Shown here piece by piece: positions 1-12,056 of a stretch of DNA of 64,000 bases; positions within the stretch are counted from its first letter, which is position 1; each line of letters opens with the position of its first letter. The stretch is from an uncultured Spirochaetota bacterium. GTDB lineage: Bacteria > Spirochaetota > Spirochaetia > SZUA-6 > Fen-1364. The notes beneath the pieces are model-generated. The model was not told where the DNA came from and did not search any database. It was given only the letters and a program-made list of their open reading frames with translations. The position numbers and the translations under genes were made by a program. The stretch is taken from contig CAVUXE010000003.1 in NCBI GenBank assembly GCA_963745235.1, positions 64,001-128,000 on the forward strand, read 5' to 3'.

Positions 1-120
1 GAGGGCAATGTGCCTGAAGGCGGAAATCCCGGACCTCGCATAGGCGAGCAGGCTGAGGGCGATGACCACGAGGCCCAGAGATGAGGCGAACAGGTACACT
101 GCGAGAAATGCATGGAGCAC
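1..120 (-). CDS. N-terminal fragment of a membrane protein (runs off the window edge)
   Basis: GGAGGG RBS then GTG at 120; translates MLHAFLAVYLFASSLGLVVIALSLLAYARSG, a hydrophobic helix; not in the ORF track. Confidence 0.6.
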   Translation of the reverse strand, partial: MLHAFLAVYLFASSLGLVVIALSLLAYARSGISAFRHIAL

Positions 121-162
121 CAAACCCTCCGTTCGAACATTTTTTTTGTTGAAGTTGAGCTG

Positions 163-192
163 AGAATATCAAGAAAATATCCAAAATGTCAA
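163..192 (-). promoter_or_regulatory. sigma70-type promoter for the edge ORF
   Basis: TTGACA-N18-TATTCT on the minus strand in an AT-rich intergenic gap. Confidence 0.55.
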
Positions 193-225
193 GACGGTCC
201 GATCTCTAAATAAGATAAACTGCGT

Positions 226-1191
226 TCAGACGGACATGACCCGAACGTTCGGGTCGAGCTCCTTTTTGAGGAACTCCTCGACGAAATCCAGGGTCCCCGT
301 CTGCGCGCTGGGACATCCCTTGCACGCACCCGCGTACTTTATGTAGACCGCGGTTACCTCACCATCAGATTTCATGTCAACGACTTCCAGGTTGCCCCCG
401 TCCCTGATGAGCGCGGGACGGACCTTCTCATCAAGCACCTTTTCAACAGCACGGTGCTTCTGGATCAGGCTGAGGCTGGCAAAACTCTTTGCCTCGGTGG
501 TCCCGGGGGCGCCTTCGCGTTCCATCTCGGCTCGTGTCTCCCGAAGGATATCGACGAGGTAATGGCGTCGGGCCTCATGGCCGCCGGGCCGGATGCAGGA
601 CTTGCAGAAGGCTCCCGCCTTGGTGTAGCGGGTGATATCCTCCACGGTCGTCAGGTTGTTGATCCGGATCACCTCCTTGACCGTCCGAAGACTTACCCGC
701 GCGCACTGGCAGACGACCTCCTCCTCTTCCAGGGAGTCCATGTCAACGCCCTTGTAAACGGCGGCAGCCTTGCGGATCACGTCGTAGGCCATGACGCTGC
801 AGTGCATCTTCTGGGGCGGGATGGCGGCCGTGGCTTCCTCGTCGCGCAGGGCGCGCTCCACGTCGATGTTCGTGATCTTCATGGCCTCATCCACGGTCTT
901 GCCGACGATCATCTCGCACATCATGTCGCTGGAGGCGATTGCGGTGCCGCACCCGAATGTCTTGAAACGGGCGTCAAGGATCCTGTTTGTGCGCGGATCA
1001 ACGGCCCAGAAAGCCCGGATGGCGTCCCCGCACACCTCGGCGCCCCAGTCCGCGACAACGAGGCGGGCGCCGAGCTTTTCCGCATCGGCGCCCGTGATTT
1101 CCCCGAGGTGCCGGGGGTTCAGCATCCGGTCGTTCACCTTGTTCGAGTAGCTCTCCCAGAGGGTCCCGCCTATCAGGTCAGCTTTTGCCAT
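226..1191 (-). CDS. nifU: Fe-S cluster scaffold NifU (IscU + [2Fe-2S] + Nfu domains), epsilonproteobacterial type
   Basis: CGD..FGCG..KMHCS IscU motifs; CQC..CKSC central cluster; C-terminal DGG..GACKGC Nfu domain. Confidence 0.95.
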   Translation of the reverse strand: MAKADLIGGTLWESYSNKVNDRMLNPRHLGEITGADAEKLGARLVVADWGAEVCGDAIRAFWAVDPRTNRILDARFKTFGCGTAIASSDMMCEMIVGKTVDEAMKITNIDVERALRDEEATAAIPPQKMHCSVMAYDVIRKAAAVYKGVDMDSLEEEEVVCQCARVSLRTVKEVIRINNLTTVEDITRYTKAGAFCKSCIRPGGHEARRHYLVDILRETRAEMEREGAPGTTEAKSFASLSLIQKHRAVEKVLDEKVRPALIRDGGNLEVVDMKSDGEVTAVYIKYAGACKGCPSAQTGTLDFVEEFLKKELDPNVRVMSV

Positions 1192-1229
1192 GACAGTTCT
1201 CCTCGCTCCGATTCATCACCACGCCGCGC

Positions 1230-2408
<1,179 letters not shown>

Positions 2409-2442
2409 CTATACCCGGGCGCTCAGTGAGTGTCGAGCCGCC

Positions 2443-3447
2443 TCATTTCACCTTCTTGCGCAGCTTTCGAGGGCTGGGTCTCGGCCCGGCGTCCTGCGGC
2501 ACCGGCTGGCGCGCGCGGGCGCGAAACGCGGCCATAGCGATCACCGCCCCTGCGATCAGAAGCACGTTGAGGATCTGCCCGGTGGAGAAGTTGAACCAGC
2601 TGAACTGGCCCGGGTTGCTCACGGGAGCAAGGGTGATGGGGAAGCCGATTCCCTTGTCCGGTTCGCGGGCATACTCGATGAAGAACCGGAATACGCCGTA
2701 GCCGATCATGTACCACGCGATCACGAAGCCGTTGTATGGCTTGCGCTTCCGCACGATGAACCAGATGATCAGCCACAGCACAAGACCCTCGAAGAACGCC
2801 TCGTAGAGCTGGCTGGGGTGCCGGGGAAGGTTGACCAGCGCGGCGCCGTTGACCGGCATGCCCACGGCCGCCGCGAAATCCCTGACCCACGGCATTGTGG
2901 CGGGGAAACCGTCAGCCGCGGGGAACACCATGCCCCACGAGACCTTTGTGATCCTTCCGTAGAGCTCGCCGTTGATGAAGTTCCCCAGCCGGCCGAAGGT
3001 GTATCCCAGCGGGATGCCGGCCACCAGCATGTCCCCCCAGTCCAGGATGCTGATCTTCTTCACCCGCATGAAGATGGCAAGTGCGATGACCGCCCCCACC
3101 AGGCCGCCGTGATAGGACATGCCCGCGATTCCCGTGAGGCGAAGCCGCCCGTCAACGACGGCAACGGGGAGGATGATCTGGAGGGGATGGTGGAGGTAGT
3201 AGCCGGTCGGGTCATAGATGGTGACGGCAAACGCCCTGGCTCCGATCAGGAGGCCGATGATTGCCCAGAAGAACATGTCGAGGACCAGGTCCTGCTGCGG
3301 CTTTTCCTTGCGCTCCCTGAGCTGCCACGTGAAGAGGAGGTACGTAATGACAAAGGCCACCAGGTACATGAGCCCGTACCAGCGGATGGGCAGCCAGGGT
3401 ACGATCTCAGGATGTATCCACGAAGGATACTGGATATATGCGAGCAT
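2443..3447 (-). CDS. lgt: Prolipoprotein diacylglyceryl transferase
   Basis: IRWYGLMY, GMSYHGG, GRLGNFINGELYG, RHPSQLYEA motifs. Confidence 0.97.
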   Translation of the reverse strand: MLAYIQYPSWIHPEIVPWLPIRWYGLMYLVAFVITYLLFTWQLRERKEKPQQDLVLDMFFWAIIGLLIGARAFAVTIYDPTGYYLHHPLQIILPVAVVDGRLRLTGIAGMSYHGGLVGAVIALAIFMRVKKISILDWGDMLVAGIPLGYTFGRLGNFINGELYGRITKVSWGMVFPAADGFPATMPWVRDFAAAVGMPVNGAALVNLPRHPSQLYEAFFEGLVLWLIIWFIVRKRKPYNGFVIAWYMIGYGVFRFFIEYAREPDKGIGFPITLAPVSNPGQFSWFNFSTGQILNVLLIAGAVIAMAAFRARARQPVPQDAGPRPSPRKLRKKVK

Positions 3448-3466
3448 GCGTCTCTCCTTGATGCCG

Positions 3467-6419
3467 TTACATCTTTTCCGCGATTTTCCCCTGCACCTGG
3501 TCGAAGTACAGGGTGATCATGTTCTTCGGCGTCCGCGTTTCCCACCGTCGGCCGTGGCTTTCGATCACCGCGCCGGGGAAAAGCGTTCCGCGCACGACGA
3601 TCTCCGAACGGACGTGAAGGTCAAACGTGTCATGAAGGGTGATCAGGCGCTTCTTGCGAAGCTCGATTGCCCTCAGGGCCTGGGCCTTTTCCGCCCGCGC
3701 CTGCGAAAGCGCCGTTGCATCCAGTGGTCTGCCGGCAAGCGCCTCCCGCTGGATCCTCTTCATCTCGGCATCCAGCTCCACCGCCCGCCTTGCGATGGCG
3801 GCAACTTCGCGCTCCTCCCGCTCGATCTGGTCCTTGAGCAGGTAGTCCTGGCCAAAGAGGACCAGCGTGGGGATCCCTGTGGCCGAGCCGAGGTTCTGCA
3901 CGGCAACGCCCTGGCGAGCCCGCACTTCACCTCCCACCAGGTTTCCCTTCTCCGAGTCCAGGAGCAGCTTGCCGTTGCATTTCACCTGGCAGCGCAGGCA
4001 CGCCCCCTTCAGGCGCACGTTCTCCGTTGCAATGAGAATGGCCTGCTCGGCGAACGGTGAGGTGATGTCCTTCTTTGCCCTCAGGATTGCCTTCCCCTCC
4101 CCCTTGATCCCCTGCCCGATGAGGATGGAGCCTTCGGAGGACAACAGCGCGGCGTCCACAGTCTCATCCACCTCGATGTCACCGGCTGCCAGGATGCGGA
4201 AGCCCGGTTGAACCGTGCCGTTCACGCGGACGATGCCGGGGAAGTTCACGTTGCCGCTCGTCATGTCCACGTCTCCGGCCACCGTGTGAACCTGCTGGAC
4301 CGTGATGACCGTCCCGTCACGAACCAGCTCGCCGTCAGCCTCCGCGTAGAAGAAGAGGCTCCCGTCCGGCTGGCGCGCCGCGGACACACCGCGCCCTGCC
4401 TGCAGGCCCGAGAGGGCTCCCGCCGGTGGCGGGACGGATTTGCCCGGTCACGTCCCACGACTCCAGGCCTTCCGGAGGAGGCGGCATCACCGTGGCCACG
4501 TGCGCGCCTTTGCCGACGTGGGTGATCCGGTCCTGCGCGCGAAAATCCGCGCGGCCGTCGTCCAGAATCGTCAACGCCTTTCCCGTGGCAAGGCGGATGT
4601 GGAAGGTCACCCGGTTCTCCTCACCCGCGGGCGGGAGCTTCCCCTCTGCGATGAGGCAGTTCTTGAAGAACTTCCCTCGAGCCACGAGGTCCAGTGCCTT
4701 GAGGAGCTTTGTTTCGTCGACCCCCTTGATGATGCCCGCGTCCTGGATCCGGGCCCGCACCTCCTGCACGTCAAGGGAAGCACCCGTCCCCCGCGCGGGA
4801 GTGAACGTGATGAAGCCTTTCATCCGGTCGTCGGAGATGGTGACAACCAGGTCCGCATCCCGGTGGCGTCGCACGCGCAGCAGGATGGTCATGCCATCGC
4901 TGCCTTTTTCCAGGATGCCTTCCTCCAGCGCAATCACCGTCTCGCGCCGCTGCTGAAGTCCCTCGAAAAGGCGCACCTCAGGGGCGGCGCCCTTCAGACC
5001 GGGGATGGTGGCGCCGAACACGTCCACGCCGGAAGCGCCGACCTGTCCCTGCACGATCCGCAGCACGGGCATTTCCGCGGTCACGAGGCCGATGGATTCC
5101 ACCCGCTCCAGCGGGAATTGCGTGAGGGAAGGGACTTCGGCAAGCGCCGCGGTCCTCGTCGCGCTGAATGCTCGAATCCTGTCCGACTCCTCCACCGGGA
5201 GGAACTTCACCAGCCACTCGACGCTTCCGTCCTTGCCGCGCTCGGGAGCCTGGCCGGCAGCGAGTTGGTAGTCCACCAGCTCGTTCTCCGTGCCCTTGAA
5301 GAACTCCTGGAGATCCTTCCTGATCGTCTCTATCGTGTACCTGCGCACCTTGCTGAGGCGGATGGCATCGCTGGCAATGGCGAGTGTCAGGGGCTTCCCT
5401 CCCCCGCGTCCCTTGCGGAGGAAGAGAGTCGCGGCGAGGTTGTCCGGGGAAACCGTGACCACTGCCGCTCCATCGGATGAGGGGCTGAGGGATTTTCCGG
5501 AGAGCGGAGTCCCCGACGTCACCGCCTCCTTCAGGATGGAGGCGATTTCCCCGGCGCTGATCAGCGCCGCGGGGGCGAACCCGATCTTCACGGCCTCGGC
5601 GATGACTTCATCAGCCGTGGGGAGCGGTAGAGCAGGGTCCCCCGGGTCGAAGGAGAGCAGGCAGGTTGCGCCGTCCGCTGAGGCGGAGACCCGCACGGCG
5701 TGATCCCGGAAGGAGACGACGTCCGCCCAGTTTGCCCCGCGCCGCAGGAAGCCATCCCGGACAGACTTGACCTCACTCCCGGTCCTCGCAAGGCCGTCCA
5801 GGAACAGGAACGCCGCCATTTCTGCGCGCTTCGCCGGGACCAGCCTGCCGAAAACGCTCCTGCCCTCCTTCCCGGGCTTCCCCGGCCTGACCTTCGCAAC
5901 GAGCGCGCCTTTGTGCACGAAGCCCGTTGCGGTGACGGCAGGATCTATGGCAACGTCTTGCCGCACCATCTTCTTCTCCACCACCACCTCGATCTCCTCC
6001 CGGGGCGGGAGAAACGGCAGTGATGGCTTGCGCATCACCTTCTTTTCTTTTTTGATTCTCTCTTCGCGAAGGCGAAAACCCCTGGGCGGGGGGGCCTTTT
6101 CCAGCGCCGTTCGCGCGACCCCCGCCAGCCGCGGAGGAATGGGGCAGGGCTCGAACTCCGCCTGCTCAGGCTCCGGGGGGCGCGGCATGATTCCCGCCGC
6201 GGCAACAAAGGTCACCGGTTCACTCTTCTTGCGGGCAACGGATCGGAGTGCTTTCTCGATGGCCTCGGTGTCTATCCCCTCCCGAACCCTCTTCTCCTCG
6301 AGGATGGCAACAAGACTGTCGGTGGACAGCTCCGTCCCGGTTTCGCTGGGCACGATGGTGACGCGCGCCTCGATGCCCTGTTCGTCGAACTCGAGCTTCA
6401 GGTCCCCCTTGACGTTCAT
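3467..6419 (-). CDS. Long DUF342/FapA-family protein, split by a +1 indel near 4444
   Basis: Repeated FapA N-terminal modules; GDVDMTSGNVNFPG beta-helix; removing one G in ACCGGGCAAA joins ORFs 4335..6419 and 3467..4387. Confidence 0.85.
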
Positions 6420-6456
6420 CTCTCCGGCTCAAGTCACAGGATAAAGCAAAGCCCTG

Positions 6457-7956
6457 TCATCCGACAAGGGTGAGCACGGCCAGCGCCGCGAACACCGCGG
6501 CGAGGCCAAGCTTTACCTTCCCCATGTGCGCCTGGAAGAGGGAGGTGATCTTCCCCGAGCTGACGCCGAACCAGGACCCCAGAAAAACTGCAAGCAGGGG
6601 CAGAATGAAACACAGGTTGTACAGCAGCAGAAGCGCGAGGGCTGTGGCGCCGCCGCGTATGCGAACCAGGTATGCGAGCATGGGAAGGTACACCTGTCCC
6701 GTGCACGCGAACTCGAAGATGGACACCAGGAACCCAAGGGCCAGGGAGCTGCCGGCCAGTGCCGCCGTGCGAACGCGCGTGCGGATGGTTGCGTGGATCT
6801 GCTTCTTCAACGAGGACGGGAGCTGGAGGAGGATCTGGTTTGCTCTCCCCTGACGGATGAGGGCGTAGTCGTACAGGCTCATGCCGGCAAAGACCGCGAG
6901 GATGCCCACGAGGGCCCAGCGAAGTCCCAGAGAAACGATGAAGACAGTGCTTGCCGCGCGCAGCACGGCGAACAGGCCGCAGCCGATGCCCAGATACGTG
7001 AGGAAAACGGAGGTCGTGAAAAGCGCGCCGATCAGGACTATGTCCCTCCTGCCTCTCCCCGCGAGCGCCAGGGACGCCAGCAGGAATATCAGGGTCGTGA
7101 ACGCGCAGGGGTTGACGCCATCGATCAGCCCGGCGAGGGCGATGGGCAGCGCCGCCACGCCTCCCGAAGCGAACACCGCCGACAATGGAGACCACACCAA
7201 CGGGGACGGAGGGCTCGCCGCGGCTGCCGCCTCTTTTCGCTGCGCCTCCAGCGCGCCGGCAAGGTTCCTGCGGATGTTCGCGTCGCCTTGCAGGAGGATG
7301 TTCCCGATCGCCAGGGCGGGGATCTCATGAACGGTCGCTCCGCGGGCGGAAGCGAAAGCGGCAAGCTCCTCGTAAAGCGCCGGCTGCAGGACGTCCCGGC
7401 GCTCCACGATGATCGAAAGACCGAGCTCCCGCGACAGCCTCGGTATCTCGGTTGCAAGGAACTGCTCGCAGCTTCTGCAGCCGGGCGTGTAGTAATATGT
7501 CACCCTGACAGGCGCGTCCGCGGCAGGCCCGGCGCCGGAGCCGGTGGACAGGCTTCCCGTCAGGGAGGCACGCCGCTCGGCGCGCACGACGCCCCTGATG
7601 GTGTAGTAGGGAGGAGCAACGCCCGGCTGCCTGGTCTGAACGATGAAGTCCTTGCGGGTGATTCCCGTGTCGTCCGTTGAATCGTAGGCAATCAAGAAGG
7701 TGCCCTCACCGCCAGGCCTGAGGGTGCGCTCAGCCGGCGTCACCGTGAGACACGTGCACGTCGGCAGGAGACTGATGGTTACATCGTCCTGCCCGGCGTT
7801 TTTCACCGTGACCGCAGTCTGGATCTTCTCTCCCTTCATGATCATTCCGAACTTCCACTCTGGCGGGGAAAAGACCACGGTGGGGCTCCCGGCCGAAGGA
7901 AAGGCCCCGGCGCAGATGAGGAGGAGGGCGGAAAGATACCTGGCAGACGACGTCAC
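6457..7956 (-). CDS. DUF1573-like Ig domain + thioredoxin-like CxxC domain + CcdA/DsbD-type membrane domain fusion
   Basis: GTG at 7956 overlaps the upstream stop; signal peptide; TCTC, YYTPGCRSC, DGVNPCAF and EFACTGQVY motifs; about 6 TM helices. Confidence 0.75.
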   Translation of the reverse strand: MTSSARYLSALLLICAGAFPSAGSPTVVFSPPEWKFGMIMKGEKIQTAVTVKNAGQDDVTISLLPTCTCLTVTPAERTLRPGGEGTFLIAYDSTDDTGITRKDFIVQTRQPGVAPPYYTIRGVVRAERRASLTGSLSTGSGAGPAADAPVRVTYYYTPGCRSCEQFLATEIPRLSRELGLSIIVERRDVLQPALYEELAAFASARGATVHEIPALAIGNILLQGDANIRRNLAGALEAQRKEAAAAASPPSPLVWSPLSAVFASGGVAALPIALAGLIDGVNPCAFTTLIFLLASLALAGRGRRDIVLIGALFTTSVFLTYLGIGCGLFAVLRAASTVFIVSLGLRWALVGILAVFAGMSLYDYALIRQGRANQILLQLPSSLKKQIHATIRTRVRTAALAGSSLALGFLVSIFEFACTGQVYLPMLAYLVRIRGGATALALLLLYNLCFILPLLAVFLGSWFGVSSGKITSLFQAHMGKVKLGLAAVFAALAVLTLVG

Positions 7957-8393
7957 GGTACTGCCGGGAACGACGATCTTTTTTCCGGGCGCCACCGGAT
8001 GAGAGCCGCCAGGAAGAGCAGGTCGAAGATGAATACCGCGAAGAGCACCGCGCCCTGGCTGAGGACCACGGGGCCGATCTGCAGGACCTCGGTGCGCGCG
8101 GAGATCAGGGCCGCTCCGGACAGCATGAGCAGGAGGAAAGAGAAGAGGGAGAGAAGCTTTCCGAGCCTGAGAAATCCGATCATCTCGCCATATCTCTCCG
8201 GGAAGAGTGAAAGCATGAAGCCGCCGACAGCCACCAGGAGGTTCCCGGACCCTCCCAGGAGAAGCCACGGGATGATTCCGGGCCCGCCATTCCCGGCGGC
8301 ATGAAAGAGCTGCGCGAGGAGAGAGATGACAATGAAGAATCTGGCGGTTTCCCAGAGGGAGCCGGCCAGGATGAAAGCATGTCTCACCGCCAT
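7953..8393 (-). CDS. Hypothetical 4-TM membrane protein
   Basis: Hydrophobic ORF; ATG at 8393 preceded by TTGACC-N17-TACACT. Confidence 0.7.
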   Translation of the reverse strand: MAVRHAFILAGSLWETARFFIVISLLAQLFHAAGNGGPGIIPWLLLGGSGNLLVAVGGFMLSLFPERYGEMIGFLRLGKLLSLFSFLLLMLSGAALISARTEVLQIGPVVLSQGAVLFAVFIFDLLFLAALIRWRPEKRSSFPAVP

Positions 8394-8510
8394 TGTCCGG
8401 CCGAGTGTAGACGGGTCCAGGACAGCGGTCAATACCTGGGGGTCTTGTCTTCGTTGACAAGGTGGTCATAGATGCAGATCATGGATATCATTCATATGAT
8501 GGAGAACTGA

Positions 8511-9920
8511 ATGAAGCGTATCAAAGCTCGCGAACGGGTCGTGTGGGTCGTCGTCACCGCGGTCCTCCTCGCTGCTCTCGCCCTGTTCTCTTTCTCTCCA
8601 CGGCTGCTGGCGGGGAGCCCGGAGGATGAGACGCAGGCGTACCTCAGCACGATCGGCGAGATGTTCCGGTACATCCGCGACAACTACGTGGACGCGGACA
8701 AGGCCCAGCCAAAAAGCCTGTACGAGGGCGCCCTGAAAGGGTTGTTCGAATCCCTCGGTGATCCCTATTCGGCATACACCAACGCCGCGGATTGGCGCAT
8801 GATTTCCGACACGACCACGGGCACCTTCGGAGGCGTCGGGCTTACCATCACGAAGATCGACAAGGTCGGCGCGGAGGTGGTCACGGCCATCGAGGGGACC
8901 CCCGCGTACAAGGCGGGAATCTCCGCCGGTGACATCATCATCAAGGTCAACGGGGAAGCGGTGGACAAGCTTTCCATTGACCAGATCGTGGACCGCCTGA
9001 GAGGAGCACCGAAGACGGACGTGACGGTCACCGTGAAGCGCGGGGACTCCATTGTCTTCGACGCCACCATCACGCGGGACGTGATCGAGCTCCCCATCGT
9101 CAAGTATGCCATGATCCCCGGCGGCATCGGCTACCTTCGCATAACAGAGTTCACGCCCCAGACCGCGGAGCGCTCCCGGGAGGCGCTGCGGTTCTTCAAG
9201 GACAACAACTACACCTCCCTGGTCATCGACCTGCGAGGCAACGGGGGAGGGCTTCTGTCCGCCGCCGTCGACATGGCAAATCTCTTCATTGACAACGGCC
9301 TGATCGTCGAGATCAGGAGCGAGCGGGTGGCCCGGGAGAACGTGAAATACGAGGCCCGGCCCAACCGGATGATGGTTGATCCCCAGATCCCCATCGTGGT
9401 CCTCGTGGACAAGTATTCCGCATCCGCCTCGGAGATACTCTCCGGCGCGCTGAAGGACCACCACCGCGCGACGCTCATGGGAGAGAAGACTTACGGAAAG
9501 GGCTCCGTGCAGACGGTGATGTCGCTGGGAGACGGAGGGTTCCGCCTCACCACCGCGCGCTACTACCTGCCGTCAGGCGTGACAATCGACAAGATCGGGA
9601 TACAGACGGACAAGCCCGTGGAGGAGCCCGCCCTCACGGACGCGGACCAGAAGGCGCTGAACGACCTCCTGAACGGCTCCTATCTGAAGGATTTCGTGAA
9701 GGCCAACCCGAAGCCCACGGAGGCGGAGGTCGGAGCGTTCATCACCGGCCTGCATGGGAAGGGGATCGCGCTCAGCGACAGGTACCTGAGAAAGCTGGTG
9801 AGAAACGAGGTCAACCGGACGAACAACAATCCGCCCCTGTATGACCTCGACTTCGACATCGTGCTCCAGGCTGCGGTGAAAGCGCTGCAGAATCACGAAA
9901 TCCAGGCCGCGAAGAACTAG
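8511..9920 (+). CDS. ctpA: Carboxyl-terminal processing protease (S41A)
   Basis: LGDPYS, PDZ domain, IDLRGNGGG, SASASEI, YGKGSVQ. Confidence 0.95.
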   Translation: MKRIKARERVVWVVVTAVLLAALALFSFSPRLLAGSPEDETQAYLSTIGEMFRYIRDNYVDADKAQPKSLYEGALKGLFESLGDPYSAYTNAADWRMISDTTTGTFGGVGLTITKIDKVGAEVVTAIEGTPAYKAGISAGDIIIKVNGEAVDKLSIDQIVDRLRGAPKTDVTVTVKRGDSIVFDATITRDVIELPIVKYAMIPGGIGYLRITEFTPQTAERSREALRFFKDNNYTSLVIDLRGNGGGLLSAAVDMANLFIDNGLIVEIRSERVARENVKYEARPNRMMVDPQIPIVVLVDKYSASASEILSGALKDHHRATLMGEKTYGKGSVQTVMSLGDGGFRLTTARYYLPSGVTIDKIGIQTDKPVEEPALTDADQKALNDLLNGSYLKDFVKANPKPTEAEVGAFITGLHGKGIALSDRYLRKLVRNEVNRTNNNPPLYDLDFDIVLQAAVKALQNHEIQAAKN

Positions 9921-9926
9921 GGACGT

Positions 9927-10685
9927 CTGAAGCAGTTTCTCTTACCAGGCTGGTACGCGGGACAGGCACGCATCTCGATCTCCGGAGAAGACCACCGGTA
10001 CCTCGCCCGCGTGCTGCGGCTGCGGGAAGGCACCGAGATCACCGCGGTGGACGCGCACGGCGCGAGGTATGTCATGAAGCTCGCGCGGATCAGCCGCTCG
10101 GGCTGCGAGGCGGAGCTGCGGCCGGCCGAGGCGCCTGCGCCGGCGTCCGGGTCCGCGGCCATCACACTCCTGCAGTGCTTGCCAAAAGGGCGGAAAATCG
10201 ATCTGATTATCCGCCAGGCGACTGAAGCCGGGGTTTCGCGGATTGTCCTCCTGGAAAGCCAAAGGTCCATAGCACGGGCAACAGAGGACGCCAACCGGAT
10301 GGCGCGCCTGGAGAAAGTTTCCCGGGAAGCGCTCCAGCAGAGCGGCAACCCGCGCCTGCCGGTCATGGATCCTCCCCGGCCCCTCGAGACGCTGCGCGGC
10401 ACGGCCGGGCAATGGGGCATGGCGCTGTTCTTCCATGAGGAGCGGCTCTCCGCAAGCACCCTTCACGAGCTGCTTGCCGAGCCAGCGGGGCGCGTGAGCA
10501 TTCTCATCGGTCCCGAAGGCGGGTTGTCGCCCATGGAGAGAGAGCTGCTGGCCGGCGCGGGGTTTCGCCCCGCCTTCCTGGGCCAAACGGTGCTGCGCGT
10601 CGAAACGGCAGCTATTTACGCCATTGCAGCGGTGCAGACGATTCTACAGGAGAGGGACGCGTGGAGATCGGCGCAGAAAAGGTGA
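9927..10685 (+). CDS. rsmE: 16S rRNA m3U1498 methyltransferase; probable CTG start
   Basis: HRYLARVLRL, QATEAG, IGPEGG, VLRVETA; the conserved N-terminus extends upstream of the tracked ORF to CTG at 9927. Confidence 0.92.
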   Translation: MKQFLLPGWYAGQARISISGEDHRYLARVLRLREGTEITAVDAHGARYVMKLARISRSGCEAELRPAEAPAPASGSAAITLLQCLPKGRKIDLIIRQATEAGVSRIVLLESQRSIARATEDANRMARLEKVSREALQQSGNPRLPVMDPPRPLETLRGTAGQWGMALFFHEERLSASTLHELLAEPAGRVSILIGPEGGLSPMERELLAGAGFRPAFLGQTVLRVETAAIYAIAAVQTILQERDAWRSAQKR

Positions 10686-11413
10686 AGCGGATCAAGGTCC
10701 TCGATGTCCCGGTGGATGCCGTGGACCCGGACATGGCCGGCAAGGCCATCGAGGATCTGCTCGGCAATTCCCAGGCAAACCAGATCGTTTTTCTCTCCTT
10801 GCGGGGACTGCTGCGGGCACGCCGCGACGCCGAGCTCATGCGATGCCTTCGGGAAGCGGCCCTTGTCCTCCCCACGTCGCTTGCCATCGTCCGGGGAGCC
10901 GGGTTCCTCGGCACGGGGAAGCTGAGCCTTTTCAACCCTTTCGAGTTCATCATCCGCATCCTCAGCGTCGTAGAGAAATGCAAGGGATCCGTGTACCTGC
11001 TCGGCACTCACAAGAGCCTCCTGGAGACAGCTGAGGTCAATCTCCTGGGGTCCTTCCACGACATCCGGGTGGTCGGGCGCTTCTACGGATTTTTCCCCCG
11101 CGCCGTAGAAGGAGACATCGTCACCGCAATAAAGAAGTCTTCCCCCTCGCTGCTCCTGGTGGGAACGGGCGTGCCGGGGAAAGAGAAATGGCTGCTGCGG
11201 CACAAGAAGGAGCTCAACCCGGGAATCTCCCTGTGGGCGGACAACTGCTTCGAGGTCTTCGCGGGCACGCAAAAGCAGATGTCCCGGAGGCTCCATGCGA
11301 TGGGGCTGGGCGTCCTGTCCGGCATCGGCCGCAAGCCCTGGCGGCTCGCCATGATCATCCCCTACTTCTGGTACCTGATCCTGGTCCTGAGCTACAGGAT
11401 CTTCAGGCTGTAG
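10661..11413 (+). CDS. WecB/TagA/CpsF-family glycosyltransferase (divergent)
   Basis: VYLLG, GFF, LLVGTGVPGKEKW, LGVL..PWR pattern. Confidence 0.8.
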   Translation: MEIGAEKVKRIKVLDVPVDAVDPDMAGKAIEDLLGNSQANQIVFLSLRGLLRARRDAELMRCLREAALVLPTSLAIVRGAGFLGTGKLSLFNPFEFIIRILSVVEKCKGSVYLLGTHKSLLETAEVNLLGSFHDIRVVGRFYGFFPRAVEGDIVTAIKKSSPSLLLVGTGVPGKEKWLLRHKKELNPGISLWADNCFEVFAGTQKQMSRRLHAMGLGVLSGIGRKPWRLAMIIPYFWYLILVLSYRIFRL

Positions 11414-11420
11414 AGGCGGC

Positions 11421-12047
11421 ATGAGCTACGCCAGCTTCCTCAAGCTCATAGAGGTATTCGGGGTCCTGGCTTTCAGCATGACGGGGATCTTCGAGGCCCG
11501 GCGGCTGAAAATGGACATCGTCGGGACCTACTCGGTAGCCATGATAACGGCATTCGGCGGCGGCACCCTGCGGGACCTGTTCCTCCGCCGCTACCCGCTT
11601 TTCTGGATCCAGGAATGGGCGTACGGCGTCGTCATCCTGGTCCTCTCCATCATCTCCGTTGCCATCCTCCGCCAGATCAGGGACAAAAAGAGCAGGACGC
11701 TCGTGCTCGTCGTCACGGTGTTCGATGCCCTGGGGCTTGGCCTTTTCAGCGTGCTCGGCGCGGTGTACTCGCTGCAGGTCTATCCGGGCCTCTTCTTCAT
11801 AGCGGTCATCATGGGGGTCATCACGGGATGTTTCGGAGGAGTCATCCGGGACATCATTGGCAACAAGGTCCCGACGGTTTTCCAGAAGTCCCAGCTCTAT
11901 GCCACGTGCAGCCTGGCCGGCTGCGTCATGTACCTGCTTCTTGCCTCTCTCGATATCCCCGCCGCTGTTTCGATTCCCCTGGGAGTCGCCGTGACGTTCG
12001 TGGTTCGCATGCTCGCTGTGAAATACAACGTCTCGCTGCCGCTGTAG
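11421..12047 (+). CDS. Trimeric intracellular cation channel / UPF0126 membrane protein
   Basis: TAFGGGTLRD, FDALGLG, TGCFGGVIRD duplicated motifs. Confidence 0.9.
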   Translation: MSYASFLKLIEVFGVLAFSMTGIFEARRLKMDIVGTYSVAMITAFGGGTLRDLFLRRYPLFWIQEWAYGVVILVLSIISVAILRQIRDKKSRTLVLVVTVFDALGLGLFSVLGAVYSLQVYPGLFFIAVIMGVITGCFGGVIRDIIGNKVPTVFQKSQLYATCSLAGCVMYLLLASLDIPAAVSIPLGVAVTFVVRMLAVKYNVSLPL

Positions 12048-12056
12048 ATTTCACCC

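Noticed and set aside
7957-8469. Extended N-termini given by the ORF track (also 17536..18570, 33773, 37993, 44791..45675, 57523..58692)
   Set aside because: The extensions overlap neighbouring genes or promoters; downstream starts fit motifs, RBS or gene overlaps better
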